A stretch of DNA of 64,000 nt from Lytechinus pictus. Its lineage: Eukaryota. Under the pieces are notes generated by a model. It did no database searches, was not told where the DNA came from, and saw only the letters and a list, made by a program, of their open reading frames with translations. How positions within the stretch are numbered: position 1 is the stretch's first letter; each line of letters opens with the position of its first letter. The position numbers and the translations under genes were made by a program. The stretch spans positions 1,180,001-1,244,000 of the forward strand of contig NC_087252.1 of the NCBI RefSeq assembly GCF_037042905.1. The letters run 5' to 3'. Of the stretch, positions 52,544-64,000 are shown piece after piece.

Positions 52544-52884
52544 CTGGTCATCGAAGCCGCCTCAATGAGATTTATATTGGCAACGCAATAAAATCCAAGT
52601 CAGCTTGAGAGGAGGATGTATACCGGCTTAATTATCGTTTATTCGTAAAATATTAGGTACTCGCCGGGAAACAGGAAATTGTTATTTATCCTGTGAATAA
52701 AATCAATATATCGCTGTCAACTGCGATCATTATCAAGTGCCGTATTTGGATCGCTGTCATTAATATGGTTAATTTACTGCTAAATATTGCCATGATCAAG
52801 AATGCTGGTTCGCGTATAGTGCAGTCACACTCGCGTTACCGACTCCAGACCGAGTAGAGAGCATATCCCGGTTTATTTTCATTT

Positions 52885-53288
52885 GGACTAATGCCGATTC
52901 GCCCAATTACCAACTCGTCTACTATCATTTGGTCTACCATCAGTTCGTCCACTATCCACATGGTCTAATCAACATTCCGTCCACTCACCATTTTGTCTAA
53001 TAACCAGTTGGTCCAATGGCCATTTAGTCCATATACCATTTGGTCTAAATGGATTAAGTGTTAATTGGGCGAAATGAATGAAAAGAAAATAGGTATTAGA
53101 CCAAATGGTTATTAGACGAAATGGTCATAGACGAACTGGAGATTAGACGCAGTGATTATCGGACCAAATGGTTACTGGACTAATGGTTGTTAGACGGAAC
53201 GTTGATGGACGGAATGGCATAAGACTAAATGAAGGTAGACCGTGTGCTGAGTGGACGAGTTGGGAATAGGCGAAGTTGCAATTTACCC
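52885..53288. mobile_element. Foldback element built of ~15-bp TAGACCAAATGG-like repeats in opposed arms
   Basis: Left arm TTGGTCTA/TCGTCCA repeats, right arm TAGACCAA/TGGACGA repeats. Related fragments at ~5100-5200, ~12780-12920, ~49460-49840. Confidence 0.7.
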
Positions 53289-53914
53289 ATTTCAATTGAC
53301 ACCCCATTTGAGTCGGATACCTGGTGACATTGTAAGCACTCTAATTAAATTGTTGTGTGAACGCGTTTAAAGCTCATGACTTACATGACTTGGTATATAT
53401 GAGGCAGGTTTATTGATTGGTGGTAATTCTGCCCTAATTGTGATTTATTCGCTTTGTTATGCTCCTTCAGAAACAAGGTTGTTTTGACGACATGTGCCAT
53501 GATTCTTGACATTGGTCGCAATCCAGAATATTAAAGTACGGCAATATATCTTTGTTTTCTATTTTACAGTATGCGAGTTTTCGCTCAGGGAATCGCGAGG
53601 CATTCAAGAACAGAGAAAATGTATTGTCAAACTGTCAAATGCCAATCATTACAAACTACAACCAAGAAGTCTTTGTCGAAAGTTGTTGAATCGAAAGGGC
53701 ATCGTAGTCCTTTATTGGGGACAAACGACATTAATTTCAAATTATTCGTCATCTCTGAAACTTAGCACGAAACAATTGCTGTTCCGGTTCACCAATTTTC
53801 GACAAAGACCTCCCAGCTGTTCAATACATTTACTGTGTTCTTGAATACGTCATGCATCACGTGAGCAAAACCCCCTGATTACGCAACGAATTATCAACAT
53901 GCAAATCGAAAATA

Positions 53915-54167
53915 AACTCTGTAAAAATATTGGGTAAAATTGTTACCACGAGGGTAATTATAATGTGTCCAACCAATTTGAGGAAGTATTTTACCCAATG
54001 CGGAAAGCATATTGTCCAGTAAGATTAAAAAATAAGCAACAATTACTTTAGAATGGGTAAAATTTCCATCACACTGGATAAATGAAAATACCCATAAGAA
54101 ATACCCAATGTTGGTTGGACACATAGACCCTCATGGAGCACTTTTACCCAATATTTTTTTTAGAGTA
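53915..54167. mobile_element. MITE with TTGGGTAA/TTACCCAA repeats
   Basis: ACTCTGTAAAAATATTGGGTAAAA pairs with TTTTACCCAATATTTTTTTTAGAGT. Related to 57500-57728. Confidence 0.7.
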
Positions 54168-54237
54168 CATGTCCATTCCCTCTGTCGATCTGACAAAATT
54201 TTATGCCAGGTCAGACTTGATCGAAACGGTAGTCCCG

Positions 54238-54393
54238 GGGAGCAGTTCGTGCACTTTTTTCGTCTGACAAGCTGACAGATCTGACATCCCTTGAATTTGA
54301 TTGGCTGAAAAGCACTATTACCATGGCAACTGTCCGTTAAACCAGGACATGTCTGATAAAAACGGCTGACAAATCCTTTGACTATACGCACCC
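54238..54393. mobile_element. MITE, same family as 47027-47184
   Basis: Shares CAGATCTGACATC and TTTGATTGGCTGA. Flanks CCG and CTG. Confidence 0.7.
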
Positions 54394-56951
54394 CTGAAGG
54401 ACGGTGGCTCGTGAAAGTTGTCAGCACTGGCAAATTCGGTGACGTCCTTTGATTTGATTTAGCTGGGAGGCACTCATCTCTTATTGTTACCATGGTATTT
54501 GAGAGAGAATGATAACTTGTCAAGCTTCATGATGTAGCATCGGAGACTGGGGAGTGTTTCATGAAAAAAAATAATTAAAAACAATATGAAAGGACTTGCC
54601 GGACGTTTCATAACCTACTAAAAATGTTGTTTAATATTTTATACAGCGTTGTGTACAATATAAACCTTAAGAGTAGTTTAACAGTCTAAACAATCATGCT
54701 TAATTTATAGACAATTATATATTAATAGTCAAACCTTGTTGGTTAAGATTTTAAACAATTGTTTAGACCGTTTAAGCAACTAATATAAGGTTCTAATATA
54801 TAGCAAACAGCGTTAAAAAAAATAAACCAACTTTTTTTCTGTGTAGACAAATATTTTCGTTGCTGTGGTTAGAGCATGAGCCTGGTTAGAAATGTTAAAG
54901 ATAAGGATTCGATCCCCGAAATGGCATCTATGCCCTTTTGCGGGGCATTTATCTATAAATGAAAATGATAAATTTGACATGATGATGATTTAGTGTCGGT
55001 GTATGTACGTGCTTAATAGGTCCTTGAAAATCTCTACCAGATAAATACGATCTAATCCGGTGCTCGGTTCTCAGCCAGTTTCTGATGGATTTTAGCACTG
55101 CCTTATTAACTCATGATTTGATTACTCACAAGGATAACTGCTAATCAAATAACATAATTAAATTACTCGAGTCCTTCATTAATAATTATTAGATGAGTTT
55201 AGGCGGATCATGACAGACTAATTATTCTACCGCCGGTGGACAAATATTTGCTCGATGTTGCCTCAATTACCGTTTACTATTTTTTCGTAGGGGCGGCCCC
55301 CTTTTCTCTCGAAAAACTTGACTTTAAATCAATATTAAACAGGACCGATATTTAATGTTTTATTTTATACCGTCTTTATTCTCATATACCGTCTATACAC
55401 CTCATTCAACGGTTAATGATAATCCAGAGAAGACGATACGGTGCAATGAAAAAGAATTTCAAAGAAAGAAAAGACTCCTGCAAAATAAAGCAACATAGAA
55501 TACATTTCAAGTAATAAAAAACGAAGTACTATGTCTTGGCCATTAAGTATTTTAAGGTAAAATATGATACAAACTAGAAAACGATTCATTACTTTGACAA
55601 TGGGAGGTGTGGCGTTATTATCAACACATCAAAGCTGAGCTCACATTTTGATTTGCTTCAAACATGGGTTACATTAGCTTCAGAATTCAAGGCCATCTAT
55701 TCGATAAAAAGCAAGCTGATCTTGAACTTGAACTAGAAACCCACAGTGTCAAAGATCGTAATCTATGATGCTGAATAAGAACCCAGGATGGTCTTCTAAT
55801 CATACACATCGACCCATCGGCCAAAACTAGCTAAATACTCAAAGAATTATTGGGGCAACCGAAAACAAATTAATCGAATGCCGCGGGATATACATCTGTA
55901 TTGAAAAGGAAATCGATTTGGGGATTATAGAGGATTAAAAAGGTGCTTTGTTCGCGCCACAATGTAACCAGACACCAAATTATCAAAGGATGTAATTTTG
56001 TTCAGTTACTGAAGTTCCATCAACGCGTGCGCTATAAGAAATCGATGTATTATTACTCGCTGTTTGAACCATGATTATACATGTAGATGGTATCTCCATG
56101 TTTGCATTTTTAAGCAATTGTTAGTCGAAGAAAGAAAAAAAGGCCGGTCAAACATATGAGAAGGGTAGCCGTTGGACCCTTTTGAATGCTTTATTTATAT
56201 ACATTTTGTTTAATTAATAGAACTATTTCAAATGAATTTAGTTAATGACTGTCCACTTTTGAAGTACTTTCATTAGTTTTTTCCCTTTTTTACATCGATG
56301 ATATTGTAAAATCCCAAAATGAATTTAAGCCTCCAAACTCAATCGAAATTGATATTCATACAAAACTCTCATAAAAGCATAACAATGTAAGAATAGCATT
56401 CTCGAGGCTTGCATCAGTAGCCCTGATTACATCGTAAGCAGCTATCTATTAAAATGTACATGTTCAATGATTGTTTGTTTGTCTGGATTTTTGTTTGTTT
56501 TTGTTCAAATACACGATGATAATAGACCCGTTTCCTGGTATTGTTGGATATGGCAGCGAAGGTTCTGTTAGCTTACCCTTATTGTTTATTACTTCATATT
56601 CACAAACCAATAAATTTGCCACCACGCTGCCTCGACTGTCATTATTAGACCGTGAATGAGGTCGTGCATATTTAATCATTCATCTAAATAAAACAAAAAA
56701 ATATTTGAACGATTTTGATTCACTCCGCAATGTGGTAGAAAACATACTTTGATGATTATAATGACGTAACAAAAAACATGCAGGCTGGGGCGCATGGGCG
56801 GTGCGATGGAGGGGCAAGGGACGACCGACCTCATGATTTTTAAAGGAGTGAAAAGGGAGGAAAACGAAGAAATGGTAGGGAGAAGGGGAATTAAAAAAAA
56901 CAAGAAGAGTATAAAAACGAAAGGTAGACTTATGCGTCTTGTAATGTTATA

Positions 56952-57170
56952 CACAATAAAAACGATGTTTCAAAATTTAAACAACGCTGTTTATTATAAA
57001 CCTTACAAAATTTGTATCTCTTATTTATTGAGAGTTAAATATTCAAATTTGAACTTTGCTGTTTACGATTTAATAGATTTCAAGCAATTGTTTAAACTGT
57101 TTAAACAACTATTGTAATGTTCATATAGTAAATAACGTTGTATAAAATTCTAAACAGCGTGTTTCTTGTG
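56952..57170. mobile_element. MITE with CAC...GTG termini and TA TSD
   Basis: ta-CACAATAAAAACG...GTGTTTCTTGTG-ta. Confidence 0.6.
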
Positions 57171-57499
57171 TAGTACACCTGTTATTCAACTCAGAAATAA
57201 CATGACGTCATTGTTAAGTCGTCTTCCCCCCCCCCCTCCCCCATAAAAACTTCCTACTGCCTCCCCCTGCTCACAAAATGGCAATGAATGGTGGCTAACC
57301 ATGCATACGTATCATTAAGGAGCTTCAAACAGACCATTTATTAGCAATTTGTAGATGTTTGATTCATGTGAATGTCAGAACCAAAAAAAATATTGCGAAA
57401 CCTCATGGTTCTCTTTCAATGAACGTGTACAAAACGTGAAAATCATCATCTACTGTTTTTGTTCATGGTCAGCCCACACCCCTCGGTATAATGTCATTA

Positions 57500-57728
57500 C
57501 ACTCTCAAAATAGTTGGGCAAATTGTGTCCAACTTTTAAACAACCCTGGACAACATACTGTCCACACAACTATTGGTTAAATTCTGCCCAAATCGGGTAA
57601 TAGAAAATAATAATTGGGTAATAAATTTGCTCAATTGGATAATAATTGCCCAGAATGTATATATATATATTTACCAACATACATTACCCAACACAGTGGA
57701 CAGTATGTTACCCAACATTTAAAGAGTG
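57500..57728. mobile_element. MITE with CACTCT termini and TA TSD
   Basis: ta-CACTCTCAAAATAGTTGGG...CCCAACATTTAAAGAGTG-ta. Confidence 0.7.
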
Positions 57729-58124
57729 TATCAATATGTTTGATTTTGATTGTTTTATCCTTTTCTTCAAGGATACTAGTAATTATTGATAATTCGACTA
57801 AGTCCTTTACTAAGTCCTTTACTAAGTATTGACGTACGTCAAAAAACAGACTGAACGCAATATAGAAATTGAAATCATTTGAAATTGACAATATAGGATT
57901 ACTTCAAATTTTTGTGTGGCAGGCATTGATACTCTATATACATGATATAGTCTGCATCTTTGAGTGTTCTGGCGCCAAACTAATGCCAGGGAATCGTCAT
58001 CAATCAAAGTCTATATCTCAACCAACATCACATTTCTGCGAACTTCTCCGAAATATTCCGGCTTTTCATACCAGAACCATGATAAACGGTAGACAGGTCG
58101 AGGGACCGGGGGTGACCTAGAAGC

Positions 58125-58555
58125 ACAAAATCACATTAACTGTGGAAAGATGTGATTCACACTGGTAAAATATTTCACTTTTAAAGGAACAATTACAGTA
58201 TGAATGGGGTTCAATTGTGTCTACATACTATAGTTGGCGCTGTGAAAATATGATGCACATATTTGATAATGTGTAGAGGGTATTTTCACACTGTGGACAC
58301 ATCGATAGTATCACCGTTCACAGTGTGTTCAGAGTGCGCTTACAGTGTGTTCACGTAGATGGTATGTGAAGATGATATTCACACTGGTAAAATGCTCAAA
58401 TTTAACAGTGTGAGAATAATTGTAACCCTGTCCACGCCTCGATAGTGTGACCGTCCACAGTGTGTTCAGATATTGGACTATGTGAATATGTGATTCACAG
58501 TTTTAAAATGCCCAAATCTTACTGTGTGAAGGTGACTTCACATTTTGTTCCACTC
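58125..58555. repeat. Degenerate repeat of CACACTG/CAGTGTG motifs, probably a MITE body
   Basis: ATTCACACTGGTAAAAT, CGATAGT and CACAGTGTGTTCA recur. Confidence 0.55.
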
Positions 58556-59778
58556 TTGAACCATGGAACATCATTCTTTCCAGTGAGGAGGGGGGGGCAC
58601 ATTCTCATTGTGCCAAAACACTTAACCCCCCCCCCTCCAGCTTCTTGTACCTCCAAAATAATTCAGACAGTTTATTGTTTATTCGTCACCATGCCAACGC
58701 TTCATTCGCGATGTTAGTTGTGCTTGATTAGCCTAAATACCCCGATGCCGTCACGTAAACATGCGAATTCATTGCTAAGATGAAATAGATGGAGAGAACC
58801 TTTTTTTTTGCAAAGCAGATTTAGCATTTTCACAGCAGGTCATCGGATTTAGTTTATTCTTTCTTTGGCTCACACGACCTAAAAAAAACGTTAGGTGGGG
58901 TTGTTGATTAACGATGGGGGTACAGTGGTCATGGTGGTAGACTAGAAAATGGCTGAAGTGAAGATTTGACACCTCCTTTTACGTGATCATAGACCTCATT
59001 ACACTTTTATATTCATTCATTGGATGTGACTCAGATGACATGTTTCTGCAGTTTACATCGTGCAGCCAAATAAAACCGACATTATTGAATATTCGAAGAC
59101 AACTGTTTTAACTTAATACCGCGATTCATAGAGCAGTTTTATCAATAATTTTCAACTTAATTCAATTTCATCCCTCATCATGAAATATAAAAATAAAAAC
59201 ATAATCATGAACATAATCAAGGAATTAAATAATAGTTAAAAGTAAAAATATTGGGAAAAAGGGAACGCAACATAAAAAATACATTCTCATAATATCTATG
59301 ACATAGCATAACCAGATAATTTTAGGTAAGATTTTTTGAAGGATATTTTCTTTAAAACCTCGGCAAAGGCTGATTGAAATATATATCGAAGACTTTCTAA
59401 ACAAAATTCGGTTTCAACATGATACTTCTTACCAGTAGCATGCTCTAATATGTACAGTCTAATCGGCGAAAGACCGCAAAACCTACTTCAGACCGATCAA
59501 ATATAACACGTTAATACCAATGACTTACCATCGGTCCGGTTTGAGTCGGTTATATTGGTGTGACTGTAATTTATTACGGATACCTGCCCCTCGGGTCGAG
59601 TGTTTTTTAACTGTAATTTTCTTAAAAGTCAAACGCTTTGATATTGTTATTTTTAAGGAGTACTAAAATAGTCAATATCCGACCGATGCCTTAAATTTAA
59701 TTTGATATAGGTCATATTTTGACGAGAAGATGACTTAAGCTACCATGGCTACAATTACACCAATGGAATCTACTCCTG

Positions 59779-59922
59779 GGGCTCGTTTAAAACTGTTGTA
59801 ACTTTTTCATTACGGCAACTACCATGGCAACAGAGCTAAGCATCCAATCAAAATCAAGGTTTCCGTGGTAGTTGCCATAATGGCAAAGTTATAACAGTTG
59901 TAACTCTTTATAAAACGGGTCC
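59779..59922. mobile_element. MITE with CTG TSD
   Basis: ctg-GGGCTCGTTTAAAA...TATAAAACGGGTCC-ctg, with internal inverted arms GGCAACTACCATGG and CCGTGGTAGTTGCC. Confidence 0.75.
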
Positions 59923-60869
59923 CTGGTATTACATATACGTTGGTTTCAATGGTGTCATAATCAACGGAAGGTTTCATTGATGTTAGTGTATCATTATCTG
60001 ACGTCATATATGTAAATAGCAGAAGGATTCTATTGATCTGGTGTTGCAGGAGGTTGTCCTGACATTTCTGTAAATGCAACTGAAACAAGCAGATTGAAAG
60101 TAATTTCATGAGTTTGGCGTTTCATCGTCTCGAATGAGGTTGTCATGGTTTAATTAATTACGTTGGTTTAGTGCTCTTTTGTTTGGGATGGGGTAGAATA
60201 TTCCTTGTTTATTCATAGTTCAAAACATAGAACGAATTTTCTTCTCATGACGGTACTTAAAAACGGCAATATTCGAGGCATAAAAGATCGCTGATTGAAC
60301 TTCTTAGAGTGAAAACTAAGAGAGATTTGAATTTCGAGGGTCACAAAACTCACAATGTTGAGATGTGGGCCCCCTGCCCTGCCTCCTGGGTATGTCTAAA
60401 TTATTCATGATTTATATTTTCTTCATACTCCTTGTTTTGCTGGTTGTTTTCATGATTGGAGTTTTCTTAATAATAATTCGTAATTTTGGCTCAGCTGGCA
60501 TCCATTTTGTTAAACATTATACTCTCTTAGACAGTGATGGATCGGTATTTTTGTAGGAGTGATAGTATAACATCTGCACTGCCGCTTCAAATGAAGTTTC
60601 TAAAAGTTTGAACTCCCGTTTCGTGTATAGCAATAAAAATACTCTTGTCAGACACATGTACGAATTAACCGGGGGCAATAATTCACTTATTGAATACGTA
60701 TTTATCTTTTCAATCTTTGGTTTTGGTTTCCTATGACACTATCAAACAAGGAGAACACTTTCATTTAAAAAATCAAGTCACCCCTACAACAAATTGGAAA
60801 ATGGTAATTCCACATGTTCACAGGGGAAATAAAACTAAGTGTTACACTAAATATTATTAATGATGAAAC

Positions 60870-61380
60870 ATGAAACATTGGACATTCTATACAGCAAAAT
60901 ATACAACTTCAAAAATAATATTGGATCACTAAAACCCAATCAATTATAACAGATAAAGAAAATCATAAGATGAAAGCAGTTATGAAAGGCAACCTAACAA
61001 AACATTATATTTGAATCATAACTATTCTATCTACATGATCTACCCAAATTGTTAAAAATGAAATATTTGGCATTCTATAAAGTAAAATACAAAATTAAGA
61101 CATAATATTTGAACACAAAAGCCATATCAATTATCCTGAATAAAAAATAAGAATTATAGGATAGACATGATAGATCTGTAAGAATATAGCTGCAGTTATG
61201 AAAGAGAACAAATCAGCATTACACATTATATTTCAACCATAAATAACTATCTACCCAAAACGATAAAAATGAAATATTGGACATTCCATATTAGAGTACG
61301 ATACAAAATTTCAAAAATATTATTGAATCGCTAAAGCCATATCAATTTTCCTGATTATTAAGAAAATCATAAGATGAATG
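60870..61380 (+). repeat. Old ~190-210 bp tandem repeat, about 2.6 copies
   Basis: ATGAAA(C/T)ATT..(A/G)CATTC starts at ~60870, 61058, 61269. GCAGTTATGAAAG and ATCTACCCAAA are shared. Confidence 0.75.
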
Positions 61381-61449
61381 TTGTGAGAATAGCTTCAGTT
61401 ATACTTATGATAGGCAACTGATTGGCATAAAACATACGTGTTTTTAAGA

Positions 61450-62300
61450 TGTTGTTTATTGAATTCATTCAACACATCAATACAATATATATTTTTCTGA
61501 ATAACATAATACATATAAAATATATCCGAGTAACAAAAATACAAATAAAATATACATTAGTTGTTCCATCATTCATTGATTTGATCAAAAGAAATATCTG
61601 TAAGTATTATACATAAGTTAACATGGTTAATAATAGTCTATATATTTACATCAAACTGATTTGTAATATGAAACTCATATTATGTTTTACATTGTACTGA
61701 ATGAATACGTTTCAGGAACCATTTATATACGATATACTCAAATGCTACAGTCACGATAACGAAACCGATTCCCAACCGACCGATAATATGTCATTGGTAA
61801 TAACGTAATAGCTTTGATCGGACTGGAGCCGGTCTCACTGATGTGACAGTGCATCGATTCCATGTTCGAGCATTCTGTATGTCCTAATGAATTAGGTTTA
61901 ATGCATCTCATGAAAGGGTTGTACAGCAATTGTAGTTTACAAATGCATCAATCAAAAGTAAGCGCTTTCTTGTCGATCGTAAACAAGGAACAAGGAACAA
62001 ACAATGAGGGAAAATATATAGATATATATACATTATACATACCATGCATTCATTATCATCTTTAAGGGGGTAAACATCGTCCAATTTACCCAAATCCATC
62101 TCATTATAGTTTATCTTAACAAAATAAGAATCAATCTTAATTGAAGTTTCATATTGGTTCTTTATATCAGGAGTTCCAACATGTTTATCTTGGAGAAATT
62201 AATCAGACCATCGCTGATTAAAATTATCTAATCAATTTCTGCTACATTTCAAGGACAAAGTAAGTAACTCAATATTCAATAATATTATTTGAACAGACAA
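61450..62300 (-). mobile_element. Possible highly degenerate LINE ORF2 3' end
   Basis: ORF 61908-62099 (LGKLDDVYP....ECMVC.........HCLFLVPCLRSTRKRLL) loosely follows a LINE C-terminal CCHC motif. AATAAA on the minus strand near 61456-61461. Confidence 0.3.
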
Positions 62301-62556
62301 ATATTAACAGACACATAAGTTTATATTTATATCATGTATATAGAGGTTATTTTTTTACTAATTCGTTTGCTACTTGTTTATGTATACATCTCGAAAGTTG
62401 TTATATTTCTTTATCAAATCGTGGTCCATCCAACGTCGTAAAGCGTTTGTTTGGCTTCAATTTCTTATGATTATCATAATTATACCGTGAAATATATGCA
62501 CTACTCAAAATTCAATGACCCACAGTCATTTCCAGCTAGATACCCTTGCCCATGGA

Positions 62557-62735
62557 TAATAATAATAATAATAATAGTCAGTTCTTGTATAGCGCATAAC
62601 ACATTATAAATAACGTCTCTATGCGCTTCCAAAGGACTTGGATATTATTACCCTGGCTTTAGCCCCGCAGCCTTTTACAGCGCTGGGGCATTTCAAGGAA
62701 TAAATTCCTGCCAGGTACCCATTCACCTCACCTGG
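62557..62735 (-). mobile_element. 5'-truncated SINE with (ATT)n tail
   Basis: Minus strand has AATGGGTACC core, GCTAAAGCCAGGGTAATA, GCGCTATACAAG and (TAT)n. Homologous to the 12384 SINE. Confidence 0.8.
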
Positions 62736-64000
62736 ATACGGTTGTTGTTGTTTTTATTCATTTTGTTCTTTTTTCTGTTGCCATGGTTTTTTTTTTCAAT
62801 TAATAATCCATCTCCCTGGCCAATCTTATTCCACTTCCGCCATTATCATGATTATTTCATTTTGTTTCTGATTTACTTTGCAAGATGTAATGGAGTTAAA
62901 CCATTATCGTATACTGACTTGCTTTTATAATTTACGTATTTTTGCTTGTACAGTTTTATTTTTCTATCTGAATCATTTACCTTGTAAAGGCACGCTATTA
63001 GCTCTTGAATTTTGAAAACGATTTTAATGAAGCACATGTACTGCAACAGATTGGGCCAGAAATAAGAAATCAATGAGTACATTCTATATACAATTAGAAT
63101 GTCTGAAATAAAAGTCGTTTCGAACAAAAATAACAGAAAATACGTTTTCCTTTTGAAATTTAATACAATTACGATCACTTTTTGTGTGTGGAAAGTGTGA
63201 TTGATTTATATATATATATATATATATATATACAAGACGATAATGAAAACATTCACTACACTGAGCAAAATCATAGGCTTCCTTAGGGATGTCTAATATA
63301 CTTACATTGAACTACATATTAACTAATATATACATGTAATTGCATTATAAAATACATGTAAATAATATTCACATACGGATAAATGTATTACAAGCAAAGT
63401 AAAACATGCGACATATAACAATATCAAAGTATACATGAAGGGGGTCAGCACATGCACCCACCCCTTCCCCCAGATCCAGGGATATCTGTCTGTTGCATTT
63501 GATTCCCTACCCCCCCCCCCCCACCCATCAACTTTTCATGCTTTGAAATGTCCACGCTGTCTATCACGCATCTTGTCTAGTATGAACAAGAGAAATAAGA
63601 ATGTAAATTTGTATCAAGTATAATTATCTTTAGAATGCCCACTGCCCTCTAGCGCACCTTCCTTCAAAAGACGCTGGTTTTAATTGATCTTGATGCTATC
63701 AGTCAATTGCACTTGTTAAAAGGTATAAAGCGAGGAAGGGAAAATATTGATTTGCCATTTTTAAAAATAATCCATCGACCCTTTTTGCCGTCCTTTTAAA
63801 TCTGGTTTGCTAATGGAGCCTATTAATCATAGCAAATTGAGTATTTGTGTTTATATCTTTAAGGGGGTTGACGTTCTCCATCACTAAGTTATTGAACGTT
63901 ATTTGAGTGAAATTTGTACGTGTTGTTGTTGTTTAAAATTCCCGTCGGAAACAGGACAGTATTTTGATATGATTAATGAAAAAAAAATGTGAGAGCGCAG

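Noticed and set aside
54860..54955. tRNA gene (GGATTCGATCCCC B-box-like)
   Set aside because: No cloverleaf. Most likely a heavily decayed SINE head.

Overview
AT-rich, repeat-dense eukaryotic DNA. The MITE and SINE repertoire suggests a marine invertebrate, probably a sea urchin (inference only). No intact host protein-coding gene is supportable, and most ORF-track entries are spurious. The main structure is a ~22 kb tandem macrosatellite (15 units of ~1.16-1.23 kb, ~13073-34955). It starts inside a TTAA-flanked Kolobok-like MITE and shows higher-order duplications. Two young insertions sit in the array, each with an empty-site copy in a sister unit. One is a 5'-truncated Neptune-like Penelope retroelement with an open GIY-YIG frame, a 6-bp TSD and a variant minimal hammerhead at its 3' end. 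The other is a nested hAT-like element with an 8-bp TSD and repeated GCGAAGC mini-hairpin motifs. Other features: a decayed Harbinger element with a transposase remnant, a 3.65 kb TIR element holding ~150-bp X-box-like repeats and a 1.4 kb island of TA-flanked 8-bp palindromes resembling excision footprints, a tRNA-like sequence between direct repeats, a membrane-protein-like frame split by a MITE, tRNA-derived SINEs, and many MITEs. All coordinates were read by eye and may be off by a few bases.
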